A stretch of DNA of 61,040 bases, filler included, from Callorhinchus milii (lineage: Eukaryota): assembly GCF_018977255.1 (NCBI RefSeq). It is 2 parts of 2 records of this genome, joined end to end, with 100 filler letters (N's around TTAATTAATTAA, not from the genome) between each part and the next. Parts side by side here need not be neighbours in the genome. Positions count along the whole stretch, not along the records: positions 1 to 30,573 come from NW_024705633.1; 1 more part is not named here. One strand, written 5' to 3'. Made by a program: the position numbers and the translations under genes. Every line of letters begins with the position of its first letter. Within the stretch, counting starts at the first letter, position 1. The notes under the pieces were generated by a model. The model was not told the origin of the DNA. It saw only the letters and a list, made by a program, of their open reading frames with translations, and searched no databases. This document shows positions 1 to 15,639 of the stretch, one piece after another.

Positions 1-174
1 TATGGAATCGATGTCCAGGTTGGAACATTACAACGCGGGGCTTAGCCATGCGGGGCCTTGCCTCCTGCCCTCCCTGATTGCATTTGCTATAATTCTCTGC
101 TTAAGTTTAATTTGTCTTCACCTGGCTCACTACTTTGAAACTTTGTTTCTTTTAATTTTTTCTGCAGTTTTTTT

Positions 175-475
175 TTGTATCTTACCAGGCCAAGCCCACT
201 TCAGCTGCTATACCGCTCTTGTTTTCAGAAGCGACCTGCCCACAACAAAGTGGCTTATCAACGTGTGGAAAGGTCTGTCGGTCAAATACTCTAAACGCGT
301 GGTGATGTTGACTCTTAATGTGGAGGGGAAAACCCTGAGGATCCGGAGGAAAATCCACGCGACCACGGGGAGAGAGAGAGGACACGCAAACTCCAAATAT
401 ACAGGAGGGGTCGGGATCGAACCCACCACCTCCTGTATTCCAGGAGAGGCAGTTAACATCTCCCAGCCACCATGG
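175..475 (-). mobile_element. tRNA-derived SINE
   Basis: Minus strand reads TGGCTGGGAGATGTTAAC...GGGTTCGATCCC (A/B-box-like head). The body is homologous to the plus-strand copy at 2826-3105. Also present at ~14665-14965 and ~28955-29255. Confidence 0.7.
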
Positions 476-585
476 TGCACACTCGAGTACATGACCACAA
501 TGAGTCTCAGCACTCTAATTCGGGACGTTCTGCCGGGTTGGTTTTGCTGATGCACCCTTTAGACCGATGAACAACTATTTTTATG

Positions 586-1021
586 ATAATTGTTTTTTTT
601 ACACCTTTTATCTGCAACAAAACTGACACCTTCTTTACGAGGAGTCATGTTTGTATAGACCACAATACCTGCAGTCATAATGAAAAAAAAACATAACTCT
701 GATAATGTATGCACTGTCCTTGAAGTTGATTGGTCCACACCCGAAACAGCTTTCCTTAGAGCCTCGTCTCTCTCTCTGATGGTGCATTGTCTTGAGTTGT
801 GCGCCTTTTGGCGTAATCTGGTCCAACACCATGTGAGACGAGGCTCTAAGGTAAGCTGTCTCGGGTGTGTGGACCAATCAACATCAAGGATAGTGCATAT
901 ATTATCAGAGTTATGTTTTTTTTTTCATTATGACTGCAGGTATTGTGGTCTATGCAAACATGACTCCTCGTAAAGAAGGTGTCAGTTTTGTTGCCAGGAA
1001 AAGGGTAAAAAAAACAATTAT
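586..1021. repeat. Long inverted repeat (~185-bp arms, ~65-bp spacer)
   Basis: 586-770 is the near-perfect reverse complement of 835-1021, e.g. aaaactgacaccttctttacgaggagtcatgtttg versus caaacatgactcctcgtaaagaaggtgtcagtttt. Confidence 0.9.
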
Positions 1022-1237
1022 ATTTTTTACTGGCAAATGAGTTCCAATGGTGTAAACTATTTTTATATTACCAACCAAGGCTCACAGAGCTGTTAAATCT
1101 TTTGTCAGAAGCCACCTGGCCATAGATGATAGCTCAACGAAATGGCTTTAAACGTGGAAGATTATAGCAGCCAAATAATCTAAATGCATGTTACTAAATG
1201 TGGAGGGAAAAAATCGAAGGACCCTAAGAAAAAATAA

Positions 1238-1668
1238 TGTGAGTGTACTCCACAAGCGTACTCTACGTGTGTGAGTGCACTCTGCATGTGAGTGCACTCT
1301 GCGTGTGTACTCTGCGTGTGTGAGTGTACTCCCGTGTGTGCGAGTGTACTGTGTGTATGATTAACCCGTGCGTCTGTGTACTCTGTGTGTGTGAGATTAC
1401 CCCGTGTGTGCGAGTGTACTCCGTGTGTTAGAATACTCTGTGTGAATGTACTCTACTCTGTTGTGTGTGCGAGTGTACTCCGTGTGTTAGAGTACTCTGT
1501 GTGAGTGGACTGTACTGTGTGTGTGTGCGAGTTTATTCTGTGTTAGAGTACTCTGTGTGAATGTACTCTACTCTGTGTGAGATTACCCCGTGTGTGCGAG
1601 TGTACTCCGTGTGTTAGAATACTTTGTGTGAGTGTACTCTACTCTGTGTGAGTATACCCCGTGTGTGA
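1238..1668. repeat. GAGTGTACTC/GT-rich degenerate minisatellite
   Basis: Repeated gagtgtactc(t/c)gtgtgt motifs. Largely collapsed in units 2 and 3. Confidence 0.8.
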
Positions 1669-1792
1669 CGTATGGGGGAGCGGCCGTGTTGCGCGGTGAC
1701 GTCACCCTCAGAGTCGGCGCCTCCCCCTCTGTCTGGCGGGTGATGTCACCAAGAGCAGACCGGAAAGAGTAGTTGGGGCGAGTGCTTGAGAG

Positions 1793-2101
1793 CAGAGGTC
1801 GCAAACGGGTTTTGATTCCTTACCCGTTTCCCGTACCCGGCCGCACCAGGGTCGCAAATGGGTACCGTACCCAGCCGGGTACGGGTACCCATTTGTACCC
1901 GGCCGGGTACCCCGTTCCCTACCCCGTACCCTACCCGAAATGAGTGACAAACGGTTACTCAGCAGTGACTCACGGCCTACCCGTACCCGGCCGCACCAGG
2001 GTCGCAAACGGCTACCCGTACCCGGCCGGGTACGGTGGCCGGGTACGGGTAGCCGGGTATCGGGTAGGGTACGGGTATCGGGTACCTGGTTGCAATCTCT
2101 G
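1793..2101. mobile_element. hAT-family MITE
   Basis: Imperfect TIRs CAGAGGTCGCAA / TTGCAATCTCTG, perfect 8-bp TSD CTTGAGAG (1785-1792 and 2102-2109), and many subterminal TACCCG/CGGGTA repeats. Confidence 0.88.
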
Positions 2102-2153
2102 CTTGAGAGTGAGTCCGCGTGTAGAGTGTGTACAGGTCAGTGTGTTCATTGTA

Positions 2154-2798
2154 CAGTGAAACCTTGGATTGCGAGTAACAACTTGGGTTGTGAGTGTTTT
2201 GCAAGACGAGCAAATTTTTAAATAAATAATAATTTATAAACGAGCGATGTCTTGCAAATACGAGCAGTACGTACAGTATAACCTTTGCTCGGTATACATA
2301 ACTGAGCCAATGGTTCTTCTCTTCTCTCGCTGCGGATTGTGGGTAATCATCTCCATGCTCGGTCTCAGTCGGCGTGCCTCACTCGTATAGTCACATCCGT
2401 GCAAGCGTATACTGTTTACTACAGTATAGTGCTGTGACCACGTGTGTGTGCGTAAAGCATTTTTTTATTTTGTGTCCAAGTGTATGACTGTTCTTTAGTA
2501 ACTGTACTGCAAGTGAAAGTCGTCCTACACAATAACCCTCCTCCTCTCCTCTCTCTCGTCTCCCTCACACCAGCCACGATTAAATGTAATTAATAAATTT
2601 GATTACTTTATATTAAATAAAAATATAAAAAAGTATTTTGTATTAATCATTTTTATATGAATACAGTATTTTGGGTTGTGGAACGAATCATCTGAGTTTC
2701 CATTATTTCTTATGGGGAAATTCGCTTTGATATACGAGTGCTTTGGATTACGAGCACGTTTCCGGAACGAATTATGCTCGCAATCCAAGGTTTCACTG
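2154..2798. mobile_element. Tc1/mariner (Tigger/pogo-like) non-autonomous element
   Basis: 22-bp TIR CAGTGAAACCTTGGATTGCGAG / CTCGCAATCCAAGGTTTCACTG, flanked by TA on both sides. Confidence 0.88.
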
Positions 2799-2825
2799 TA
2801 ATTTATTTGTGTGTGATATATTGTA

Positions 2826-3105
2826 CTAGGTGGCAAGATGTTAACTACCTCACATGGTATGCAGAATGTCGTGGGTTCGATTCCAACCCTGACGCATTTA
2901 TAATTGCAGTTTACATTTTTTTTTTTCTCTCTCTCCCTGTAGTGGCATTGATTTTTCTCCACATTTAGAAACATGCATTTTGAGAATTTTGCTGCAAAAC
3001 ATTTCCATATTATAACCCACTAAGTTGAGCTATCATTTGTGTCCAGGTCGATTCTGAAAAAGAGCTATGCAGCTCAGATGGCCTCACCTGGTAAAATAAA
3101 AATAG
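2826..3105 (+). mobile_element. tRNA-derived SINE
   Basis: Head TGGCAAGATGTTAAC...GGGTTCGATTCC and tail cctggtaaaataaaaa. Head-truncated copies at ~15305-15540 and ~29970-30195. Confidence 0.7.
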
Positions 3106-3221
3106 TGTACTGTGTTTGAGGGTTTTCCAATTTAATTTCTTATTTAGCAGTTAAAAACTATGTTTCAGGAGGGTCCTGCATTGGATTGTTTGATCACCAC
3201 CAAATATATTTTGAGTTTAGG

Positions 3222-4490
3222 TTAGGGAGAAAAACGGAAAACCCAGTGGAACACCAGTGACGGACGACGCCAGGATAGCGGCCACGGGCTCAAAGCGAGG
3301 GCAACCCGGCTCTTGTCCCAAGAAAGGAATCCGCTCCCCACTGCCCTCCACGGTGGCGCATCGCCGGCGGGCTGCACGTTGAGCCCCAACTTTTCCAGGA
3401 GGTCGGTACCTGCAATACACTCGTGGCATAACACGCTCGACACGTATAACTCCTGGTTACACACCTGGTGTCCGAGGCGACCCTTAAGGGTGACCCTCCC
3501 CAGCAGTCCCATCCCACTTTCAGTTTGCAGCGCACGATCCGGGGCCTGTAGGCAGCTCACGTCAACCCCGACCACACTGCAGTGTGTTGCACTCACGAGT
3601 GACGTTACCGCCCCCGTGTCCAGCAGAATCTGGGTACGCCACCTGTTCACCTGCCCTTCCACGAGCGACGTGGCCCCCATTATTCCTGCCACCAGCTCCC
3701 GCAGCCAGTCACTCGCAGTCGCCGGATTCTGGGGTGTTGTCGGCATCTGCGTGGGGGTCACTCGCTCACCATTATCACGACAGTTTATTTGTGTTGGGAC
3801 CACGTCGATTGCACCCCTCTGTGGTCCCCTTTTTAGGTAGGCCTTGGTGTTTAACCCTGGTGCTTCTCTCGCGCGGGCGATCTGGGGACAGTTTCTCACG
3901 AGATGCCCCCATTGGTCGCATAGATAGCACGCACGGGGAAGGGCGGTGGCTCCATAAGAGGCCCCTTGTCCACTCCCCCTTACCCTCCCAGTGCGCATTT
4001 GTTCGAGTTCTGCCTCTTATTGAGATACTCGCCTGGTTAGCCCCCCGACCATGGAGCGTAGCCCTCCCACCTCGGACTGGACTATTTCCGCTGTGGACTG
4101 CAGCTTGGTCACATTCAGGTGTACTTGGGTTACCTCCTCGCGTACTTGGGTCGCATGGCCTGCGATATCTCCTATGCCGGTCTGTTTCCCTGCCACCCAT
4201 CCTGGGGTTGTCTCACGGGGTCCCGGAGGCTCCCTCGTCCCCCCCTCACCTCCTCCTCTGGAAGAAGACTTGCAATGGTTCTATCCTGTCCCAGCCGTCG
4301 GAATTCCGCACGCTCGCGAGCAAATCCCTCACACACACACGTGCGCGTGCTCGGCAAGGGTGTTAAATGGGGGATATGGGCAGTTCGCATCTGGCTGCCA
4401 CCCCGTTGTGCTTGTCAGATACTGCTGAACTTTCTCGGTGGCGAGGTCATCGATGATCTCGGCAGTGTATCCCGGGCATGCGCTCTGTGT
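3222..4490 (-). mobile_element. Degenerate Ty3/gypsy-like gag-protease fragment
   Basis: ORF 3998-3222 has a CCHC knuckle (CYLCDQWGHLVRNC) and a retropepsin motif (ILLDTGA...IAGTDLL). Upstream gag-like and coiled-coil sequence is separated by an in-frame TAA (~4017-4019) and frameshifts. No RT, integrase or LTR is visible. Confidence 0.85.
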
Positions 4491-4511
4491 TAGCAAACGT
4501 GATTTATTTTC

Positions 4512-4587
4512 GTGCGCGCTCACTGAGATCCGAAGTGAGAAGTTCACATCGTTGTCGTGGTGGTAGTTGTTGTTTACCCAGGTAGAG
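4512..4587 (+). promoter_or_regulatory. Putative non-coding first-exon module of the ZNF gene
   Basis: gcgcgctcactgagatccga...tttacccag|GTAGAG ends in a splice-donor-like site. The same module is at ~14375-14455, ~16982-17065 and ~28660-28737. Function is inferred. Confidence 0.45.
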
Positions 4588-6025
4588 CCTCGCTCCTTCT
4601 CTGTCTTGTAGGGAGGCCGCTTTGGATTGCACCACTTTTCGATTTCACATTAACATGCTAATTTATTACGTTAACATCACTTGCCCCGGCCACTTCTTTA
4701 TGACCCTTGGGCTACACCCATTTCAAACCTTCTAAAACAGTCTGCCTCAGCAGCAGACCATGCATTTTCTATCAGAGTGTTTTTGTTTGCATTCTGACCA
4801 CAAGTATTGTGGTTAATGCACACATGATTCCTTGTTAAAGGTTTCAGTTTGGTGTTTTAACATCTTAACACCTGTTTTGTTGCCAGAAAAACGGGGAAAA
4901 CCTATTCTCATATTTTAGTACTGGCAAAGGTTCCATGATGAAATATTACAGTATATTATAGGTGAGCCGTGCGTGTGCAGAGAGGACAATAAGGACCTGG
5001 AAGTTAATTAATTTTGTGGCAAAAATGCAGGCCTGATAATATGTAAGGATAATGTGGTAAATGAGAAAAAATATAGCAGCGGCGGGGTGTTGGAGTGTGC
5101 AGGTGTTACAGGTGTTGATGGTGAACAGGTAAGCTAAAAATTGTGTGAAAAACATAACTTACCCTTGAGTACGCATGGAATTTTTGATGTGTGTTTGTTT
5201 CATAGTGTTGGCGCAATTTGGTTCTCAAAAAAACACAAAGTCTGCTTTATTTATATACATTTAAACTCATCTTGGAATGTTTTGTATACGGTTTCTCCAC
5301 ATTTATTTCAGTAATTTAGTTTATTGGGAATACAGTACAGTACTTATTTCAATTGTAATGTATATTTTATATGCCGTTTACCTAACCCCATTATTTAGGT
5401 CAGGCTTAAATGTTAAATATCGGCATTTTAGCTTTCGCACGGCACTTTCCAAGAATGTAACCTCCACGCTATTCAAGGGGCTGCTGTATTTTTTGTCCAT
5501 CAGCTATAGTACAGGAGTACGGATTTTCAGCAGAAACTAGATCTCTGCTTTCTTGGTGTAATTACAGCCTATAGTACCATAAAGAGGCTTGGGGTTTTGG
5601 TTTGTTTTTGGTTTTCGATGTCTCTGCCTCTGCTCACATTCGTTGAGGATTTTTATGATTTTAGGCAGGCCCGTCTAAAGCTGTGTGACCAGGAGTCGGG
5701 GCCCTTTCTTGTTCAATTTGGCTTGTGGCCGAAATTCTCTCTGGCCCATGCATTACATTACGTAGCATTTTCAAATAAAGATGTGTTTTGAGAAGCTCAC
5801 TGGCCCTATAAAAAATTGCATTTCATACAGTAACAATGATACGCTAATCGATGCCTGGTTATAGTCAAGGGATCGTCCCCTGCTGGTCAACCATGTTACG
5901 CATGTTGATGATCTGGTCATGGCTACTCAATGATATTGAGTTGGAGAATCGTGTTCTGTACCTGGAGAATTCCATGACGAAATGGGGCCTTGCATATGTT
6001 CTACAAAAGATCACCTCCCTGGGAA

Positions 6026-6116
6026 AATCTTGACTTAAAGCTTTCGTAACTGCAGGAATTCATATTCTTTGGGTCTTTCGGTTAAGTGACGTGACTTTAC
6101 CGAAAGACCCAAAGAA
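6026..6116 (-). mobile_element. Minimal Penelope-type pseudo-LTR insertion with internal palindrome
   Basis: 14-bp TSD CACCTCCCTGGGAA (6012-6025, 6117-6130). Homologous to the end of the 27372-27845 element. The paralogous site near 11305-11325 is empty. Copy in unit 2 at ~18508-18599. Confidence 0.75.
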
Positions 6117-7179
6117 CACCTCCCTGGGAATTTAATGTCATACAACACTGCACCTGCTCAGCTCTCCATGAATAATCAGGTCGTTCTACACGTGGTGGAG
6201 GAGCTCCTATACCTGGTTAATGTGTTCACGACCAGCTCTGGTTTGGCATCCAAAGTCTCACTTCAAATTAGTCTAGCAGCATTCTTTCATTAGGCTCTGT
6301 AACACTATGTGGAAGCTGCCTGGACTTTTTTACATACAAAGCTGTGAGTGTCCATCGCCAAGGTCTAGTCCATTGCAAAGGTCTCGTCAAAAAAACAGGC
6401 TATAGACTGCCAATACACTCACCGAGGTTAAGAACCAGGCTACAGTCTACATTATAGACTGCCAGTACGCTCACCGAGGTTAAGAACCAGGCTACAGTCT
6501 ACATTAGTCGTTTTTTCTTCTATTCACTTTATTTGTATTATTATTTTCTATCTACGTGACTTTACCGAAATAACCAAAGAATATGAATTCCCGCTGTCAC
6601 TAAAGTTTTAAGTCAAGATTTTCCCAGGGAGGTGATCTTTTTGTAGAACATATGCAAGGCCCCATTTCGTCATGGAATTCAACAGGTACAGAACAAGATT
6701 TTATAAGAATGGAAACAGTCAGGAAATTAACACTCCACATATGCAGCTGAAGTTAGATCTGTTCATCCTCGCATTCAAGCTCATCTGAGCCTGGCTTCAC
6801 ACCTCTAAGTTGCAAATGAACATTAATTTATACATTTCTGCATAATACAAATATTCTTTTCAACAGCCTTTGCTATGTTAGCTAATTTTTCTTAAATAAA
6901 TATTCCTGTCGTAGCTAGACAACCAAAATTGTGTGCTTGGAGTTTTTGGTAAACATTCATTTTAAAGACACTAGGGTGTCCAGGCATATTTATGACCATT
7001 TGCCCTCTCATTGTGTGCCTTAACAGCCCTTGTGATGAATTGGGGAATCTCTTTCACTATATCATGAAAATATGAATATGTATAGATGTGTAAGTCATGT
7101 GTGACTGTGTTTATATGCATTCCTCTGTGCCTCAATACTCACATAGATGGTGTGGACATGCTTTTCTGTCTGCAGCTGA

Positions 7180-8289
<1,110 letters not shown>

Positions 8290-9208
8290 GCTCCAATGGA
8301 TGCACCTTTGTCACAGGCCTTTCTAATGAATATAATGTGAAGTTGAACACTCAATTTCTAGGTTCAAACTGCAGTGTAAGAGTGGCCAGTATTTGTGAAC
8401 CTGTGGGTTGGGGCGATCTCTAACCAGGAGTGACTCAAGTGTTTTGTATCATATCTCATCTTAGACACTCGATGGGTGCCCATAATGGGCATCTGCCCCT
8501 GTGTGCCACAAGGTGACCGTTCACTGGCCTGCATGTGGATATGAGTTTGTAAGTCGGGGGCGATGATTGATATGCCAGTCGGATTTGAACCTTGAACCTC
8601 TGCAACAAATAGAGAATGTACTACTACTTGGCTTCCCTTTATGAGAGTGCGGCACATATAGGCCTAATCTCGTCAGATCAACTTGTAAATACGTTGCAAC
8701 GTGACGCAGTACATTTCAGTATAGTAATAAAATGTTGCCAATGTGCCCTTTGATTATTTTGAATCATAATTGAAAGAATACCTGTCTGATTTTGTACGTA
8801 CATACAACATTTTGTGTATTAATGTCAAACATGGAATATGTGATGTCAGGACAAAGTATCTGTTTTGGTGGTAACCTGTACAAAAACTCACGTGAGAGCT
8901 GTTATTTTTGTGATACAGGTCAAAGGGTATTTTTGTGAATCAGGACGCATCTGACTGGGGCAACTCATTGTCTTTGAAATCGGGAGCATAGTCGGATCAT
9001 TCATCAGTTAAGGTATGCCACTTACAAGTTACGTATAGGAGATACATTCTCCACAAGAACACTAATTATCATTTTGTACTACGTATATACATTTTGTCGA
9101 ACTGAGACTTGAAATGGACCTTGCTGATGAACATCAGTTGAAGCAAGCCGGACTGTTGAGACATTGTACACCAAAACCAGTCCACAGGTGGCTTGTACTG
9201 AACACATG

Positions 9209-9780
9209 TGTAGTGCCATAAGAGAGGAGGGGCTGCTGGGGGCTCTAGGATCCTAGGCAGATAAGCCCTCGGCGCCAGGCGCTAGGATCCCAGGCACCCC
9301 AAACAGTTAAGCCCCTTGGCGCCACCAACGGGGGGGCTGTGCGTGCTCTGTGGGATATCTGGGGGCGCACACAACCCCACCCCTCGTTGGGGACGAGGCA
9401 TAAAAGGGCAGCTCCCTGGCCGATCGGGGCCAGTTGCAGCTCAAGACCCAAGATCAGCCAGCTTAGGACCCTGGACCCCCTCGTCCCGCTTGTCCTTGTA
9501 AGGGCCGGGACGCTGTGAGGGCCAGTGGTGGGACTCTGGGACTCCCGGCTCTACGTCCTTGTAAGGGCGAGTTCCGAGGAAGCCAGAGTCCAGACCCGCA
9601 CCTTGGCTGGGTCGGGTCAATTAGCCTCCCCTAGGGTAATTGCAGCCGGAGGACCCCAGAGCGTAGCCAGAGTAGTGTATCTAGGCTGTGTACCTAGGCT
9701 GTAACAGAGTATCAGGACTGTTGGAGTGTTTTATTGTAATAAAGAAGATACCTCTACAAGTGTCTCCGGAACCCATTACA
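9209..9780 (+). mobile_element. Solo LTR (gypsy-like), 572 bp
   Basis: TGTAGTG...CATTACA termini, 4-bp TSD CATG (9205-9208, 9781-9784), TATA-like cataaaa ~9399 and AATAAA ~9738. Confidence 0.85.
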
Positions 9781-10599
9781 CATGCATTCCTAAAAGGCCG
9801 TGGTATTTATAGTTTGTGTAAAACATTCCTTTGTTTCGTGTAGAGAACGTTGAATGAAAGATATCTGCCGATCTGTTTTTTCGCAAGGAGGTACTTTAAA
9901 GAGCACATTTGAAGGCATCGTGGATTTTTGTTACAGATTTGTATTCTAGCCTAGGTTTTATTGAATTTTAACTTCTATTTAAATAAAACTTTAGATATAT
10001 CTGTCTGCATTGATATCCCACCTTGTTCACCACATGTTTACCTAAATATGTAGACGCTCCCTCTGAAGACGTCACCTCAAATTAACGAGTGGGTTACGTC
10101 AGGGCCTCCCCCTCTCTCTGGCTTGTGATGTCACCAAGAGCAGAACTCGCCTCCTCGGAATCTAACGACTGCACTGTCTTGGAATGCATTTACACAGTAA
10201 TCAAATCTTCACAACTGCCAGGGAACACACATTAAAAACCACTTAACGTACACTTGGAAGGCATTTAGAATTGTCTTGAAACTGAAACACGCGTAAGGAG
10301 GTCTACAAGGAGCAGGTCTGAGATTGACGAGTGAAATTTGAAGTTCCATAAGCCCATCGTTTGTGATGCAAGGACCCAATAAAGATGGCAGCTGGGAAAC
10401 GTCACCATTCGTGAAGGTGACCTGTGAAGGCTCTAGGGTTTTACTTCCAGGTCACTAATGGAGCCCGAGACAAATCACAGCCATTTGTGGATGTGGAGTT
10501 TTGGGAGGACTTTTCGGACAATGTAGTGGAAGCAGACAGCATGTGTGACCATAAGTATTGGGTAGACCTGTAACCAAGAGCATGAGACACGGTTTCCCA

Positions 10600-13220
<2,621 letters not shown>

Positions 13221-13499
13221 TGAAGGTGGAGGGGTTACCAGCCCCTCACACCCATCCAGAGCCCCCATTTAGCTGATGTGGTAGCTACGAATGCCCCGAG
13301 GGTAAAAGGCTAATCGGAATTGGCCCTCCCCCCACAGCACTGTCCACAGTTACAAGAACAACAACCGCCATTCGCCACTAAGTGGCGGTGACGTCACCAT
13401 GGCGTTTGTGCCAGGCCATGTGCACGGGGTAGACCCAGGTGCCATGGGTCGACTGACTCCGTTGACTGGCCAATGCACCACCTGTACCCCCGACTGTGC

Positions 13500-13836
13500 C
13501 AACACACAGTGTACACGCACACACACAGTTTGTGCACACACACAGTTTGTACACACACAGTGTACACACAGTGTACACACAGTGTGTACACATACACATT
13601 GTATACACAGTGTACACACACACACAGTTTGTACACACAGTGTACACAAACACATAGTTTGTACACACAGTGTACACCACAGTGTACACACACACAGTTT
13701 GTACACACAGTGTACACACACACAGTTTGTACACACAGTGTACACACACACAGTTTGTACACACAGTGTACACACACACAGTTTGTACACACACACAATT
13801 TGTACACACAGTGTACACACATAGTGTACACACACA
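13500..13836. repeat. (ACACAGTTTGTACACACAGTGTAC)n-type minisatellite
   Basis: Tandem CA-rich units with embedded TGTACA palindromes. The homologous array at 25825-25880 plus 28196-28445 is split by a DNA transposon. Confidence 0.9.
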
Positions 13837-13939
13837 ATAATGTTCACGTTGTTGTTGAACTCACACACCCAAGGGGTCTCTGTTCAAGAGAGGTAACAAT
13901 AGAAATGTAATCTAAATTAACTTAAACTCTAACCCTGAT

Positions 13940-14455
13940 CTCGCTCTCTGACGTCACCACTCATTAACCTGTCGGCGTGAGACGCCAGGGAGAGCTGTAC
14001 CCCGCTAGTGACGTCATGTCACCAAGGTATTCAACCCCCCAACCCCCCTCTACCGCGCTTTTGAGCGTGACGTCACGTCTAGTTGGTCACTGTCGATTTC
14101 CGTTCCAGTAAAAATCTTTTTTTGGGAAAAGCTACGCCCAGTCACTGGCGAGTTATTAACATAATTTATTCATGAAAACCGTCGCTCGTTCATTGCAACA
14201 GGTTTAGCAGCCAAGCCCAATACCCCCACACGGACCCGACTTATTAACATAATTTATTCAATAACAGCTGCTCGTTGGGGGAGGGGATTGTGTAATGAAC
14301 CCCGCTAGTGACGTCATGTCACCTCCTGCTGCCGCGTGACGTCACGACATATCCGAAAGCTGCTGCACCGCGCGGCGCTCACTGAGATCCGAGGTGAGAA
14401 GTTCACATCGTGGTGGTTGTTGTCGTGGTGGTTGTTGTTGTTTACTCAGGTAGAG
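13940..14455 (+). promoter_or_regulatory. CpG-rich, CRE-rich promoter-like region plus first-exon-like module
   Basis: TGACGTCA palindromes at ~13949, 14009, 14068, 14309 and 14337, followed by the exon-like module ending CAG|GTAGAG. Homologue at ~28540-28737. Confidence 0.5.
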
Positions 14456-15639
14456 CCTCGCTCCGTCTCTCTCTCGTAGGGATATCAATTGAGTAGCAGC
14501 GAGTATGGAATCCATGTCCAGGTTGGAACATTACAACGCGGGGCCTTGCCTCCTGCCCTCGCCTGATTGCATTTGCTTTAATTCTCTGCTTAAGTTTAAT
14601 TTGTCTTCATCTGGCTCACTAATTTGAAACTTTGTTTCTTTAAAATATTGCTACAGTTTTTTTATATCCTACCAGGCCAAGCCCACTTCAGCTGCTATAC
14701 CGTTCTTGTTTTGAGAAGCGACCAGCCCACAACAAAGTGGCTTATCAACGTGTGGAATGTTTGTCGGTCACATACTCTAAACGCGTGGTGATGTTGACTC
14801 TTAATGTGGAGGGGAAAACCCTGAGGATCCGGAGGAAAATCCACGCGACCACGGGGAGAGAGAGAGAGACGCGCAAACTGCAAATATACAGGAGGGGTCG
14901 GGATCGAACCCACCACCTCCTGTAAACCAGGAGAGGCAGTTAACATCTCCCAGCCACCATGGTGCACACTCGAGTACATGACCACAATGAGTCTCAGCAC
15001 TCTAATTCAGGAGCGTTCTGCCGAGTTGGTTTTGCTGATGCACCCTTTAGACCGATGAACAACTATTTCTATATTACCAACCAAGGCTCACAGAGCTGTT
15101 AGATCTTTTGTCAGAAGCCACCTGGCCATAGATGATAGCTCAACGAAATGGCTTTTCAAGTGGAAGATTGTAGCAGCCAAATAATCTAAATGCATGTTAC
15201 TAAATGTGGGGGGGAAAATCGAAGGACCCGGAGAAAAAATAATCCGAGTGAGCGAGTGTACTCATTTGTGTGAGTGTACTCCGTGAGCGTACTCTGCGTG
15301 CGTGAGTTCGATTCCAACCCTGACGCATTTATAATTGCAGTTTAAATTTTTATTTTTTTCTCTCTCTCCCTGTAGTGGCATTGATTTTTCTCCACATTTA
15401 GAAACATGCATTTTGAGAATTTTGCTGCAATATATTTCCATATTTTAACCCACTAAGTTGAGCTATCATTTGTGTCCAGGTCGATTCTGAAAAAGAGCTA
15501 TGCAGCTCAGATGGCCTCACCTGGTAAAATAAAAATAGTGTACTGTGTTTGAGGGTTTTCCAATTTAATTTCTTATTTAGCAGTTAAAGATTATGTTTCA
15601 GGAGGGTCCTGCATTTGACTGTTTGACCACCTCCAAATA

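Noticed and set aside
2826..2895. tRNA gene (also ~404-470, ~31845-31910, ~42670-42735)
   Set aside because: A/B boxes are present but there is no complete cloverleaf, and most copies continue into a SINE body.
3222..3998. Domesticated gag/protease gene
   Set aside because: Upstream in-frame stop and frameshifts, and the copies in units 2 and 3 have further independent lesions, so there is no sign of purifying selection.
9120..9155. CTGATGA as a hammerhead core
   Set aside because: No correctly placed GAAA or supporting stems downstream.
13350..13910. Overlapping Cys/Val- and His/Thr-rich ORFs (also 28129-28546, 48049-49002, 49921-50382)
   Set aside because: Read-through of CA/GT microsatellites in several frames.
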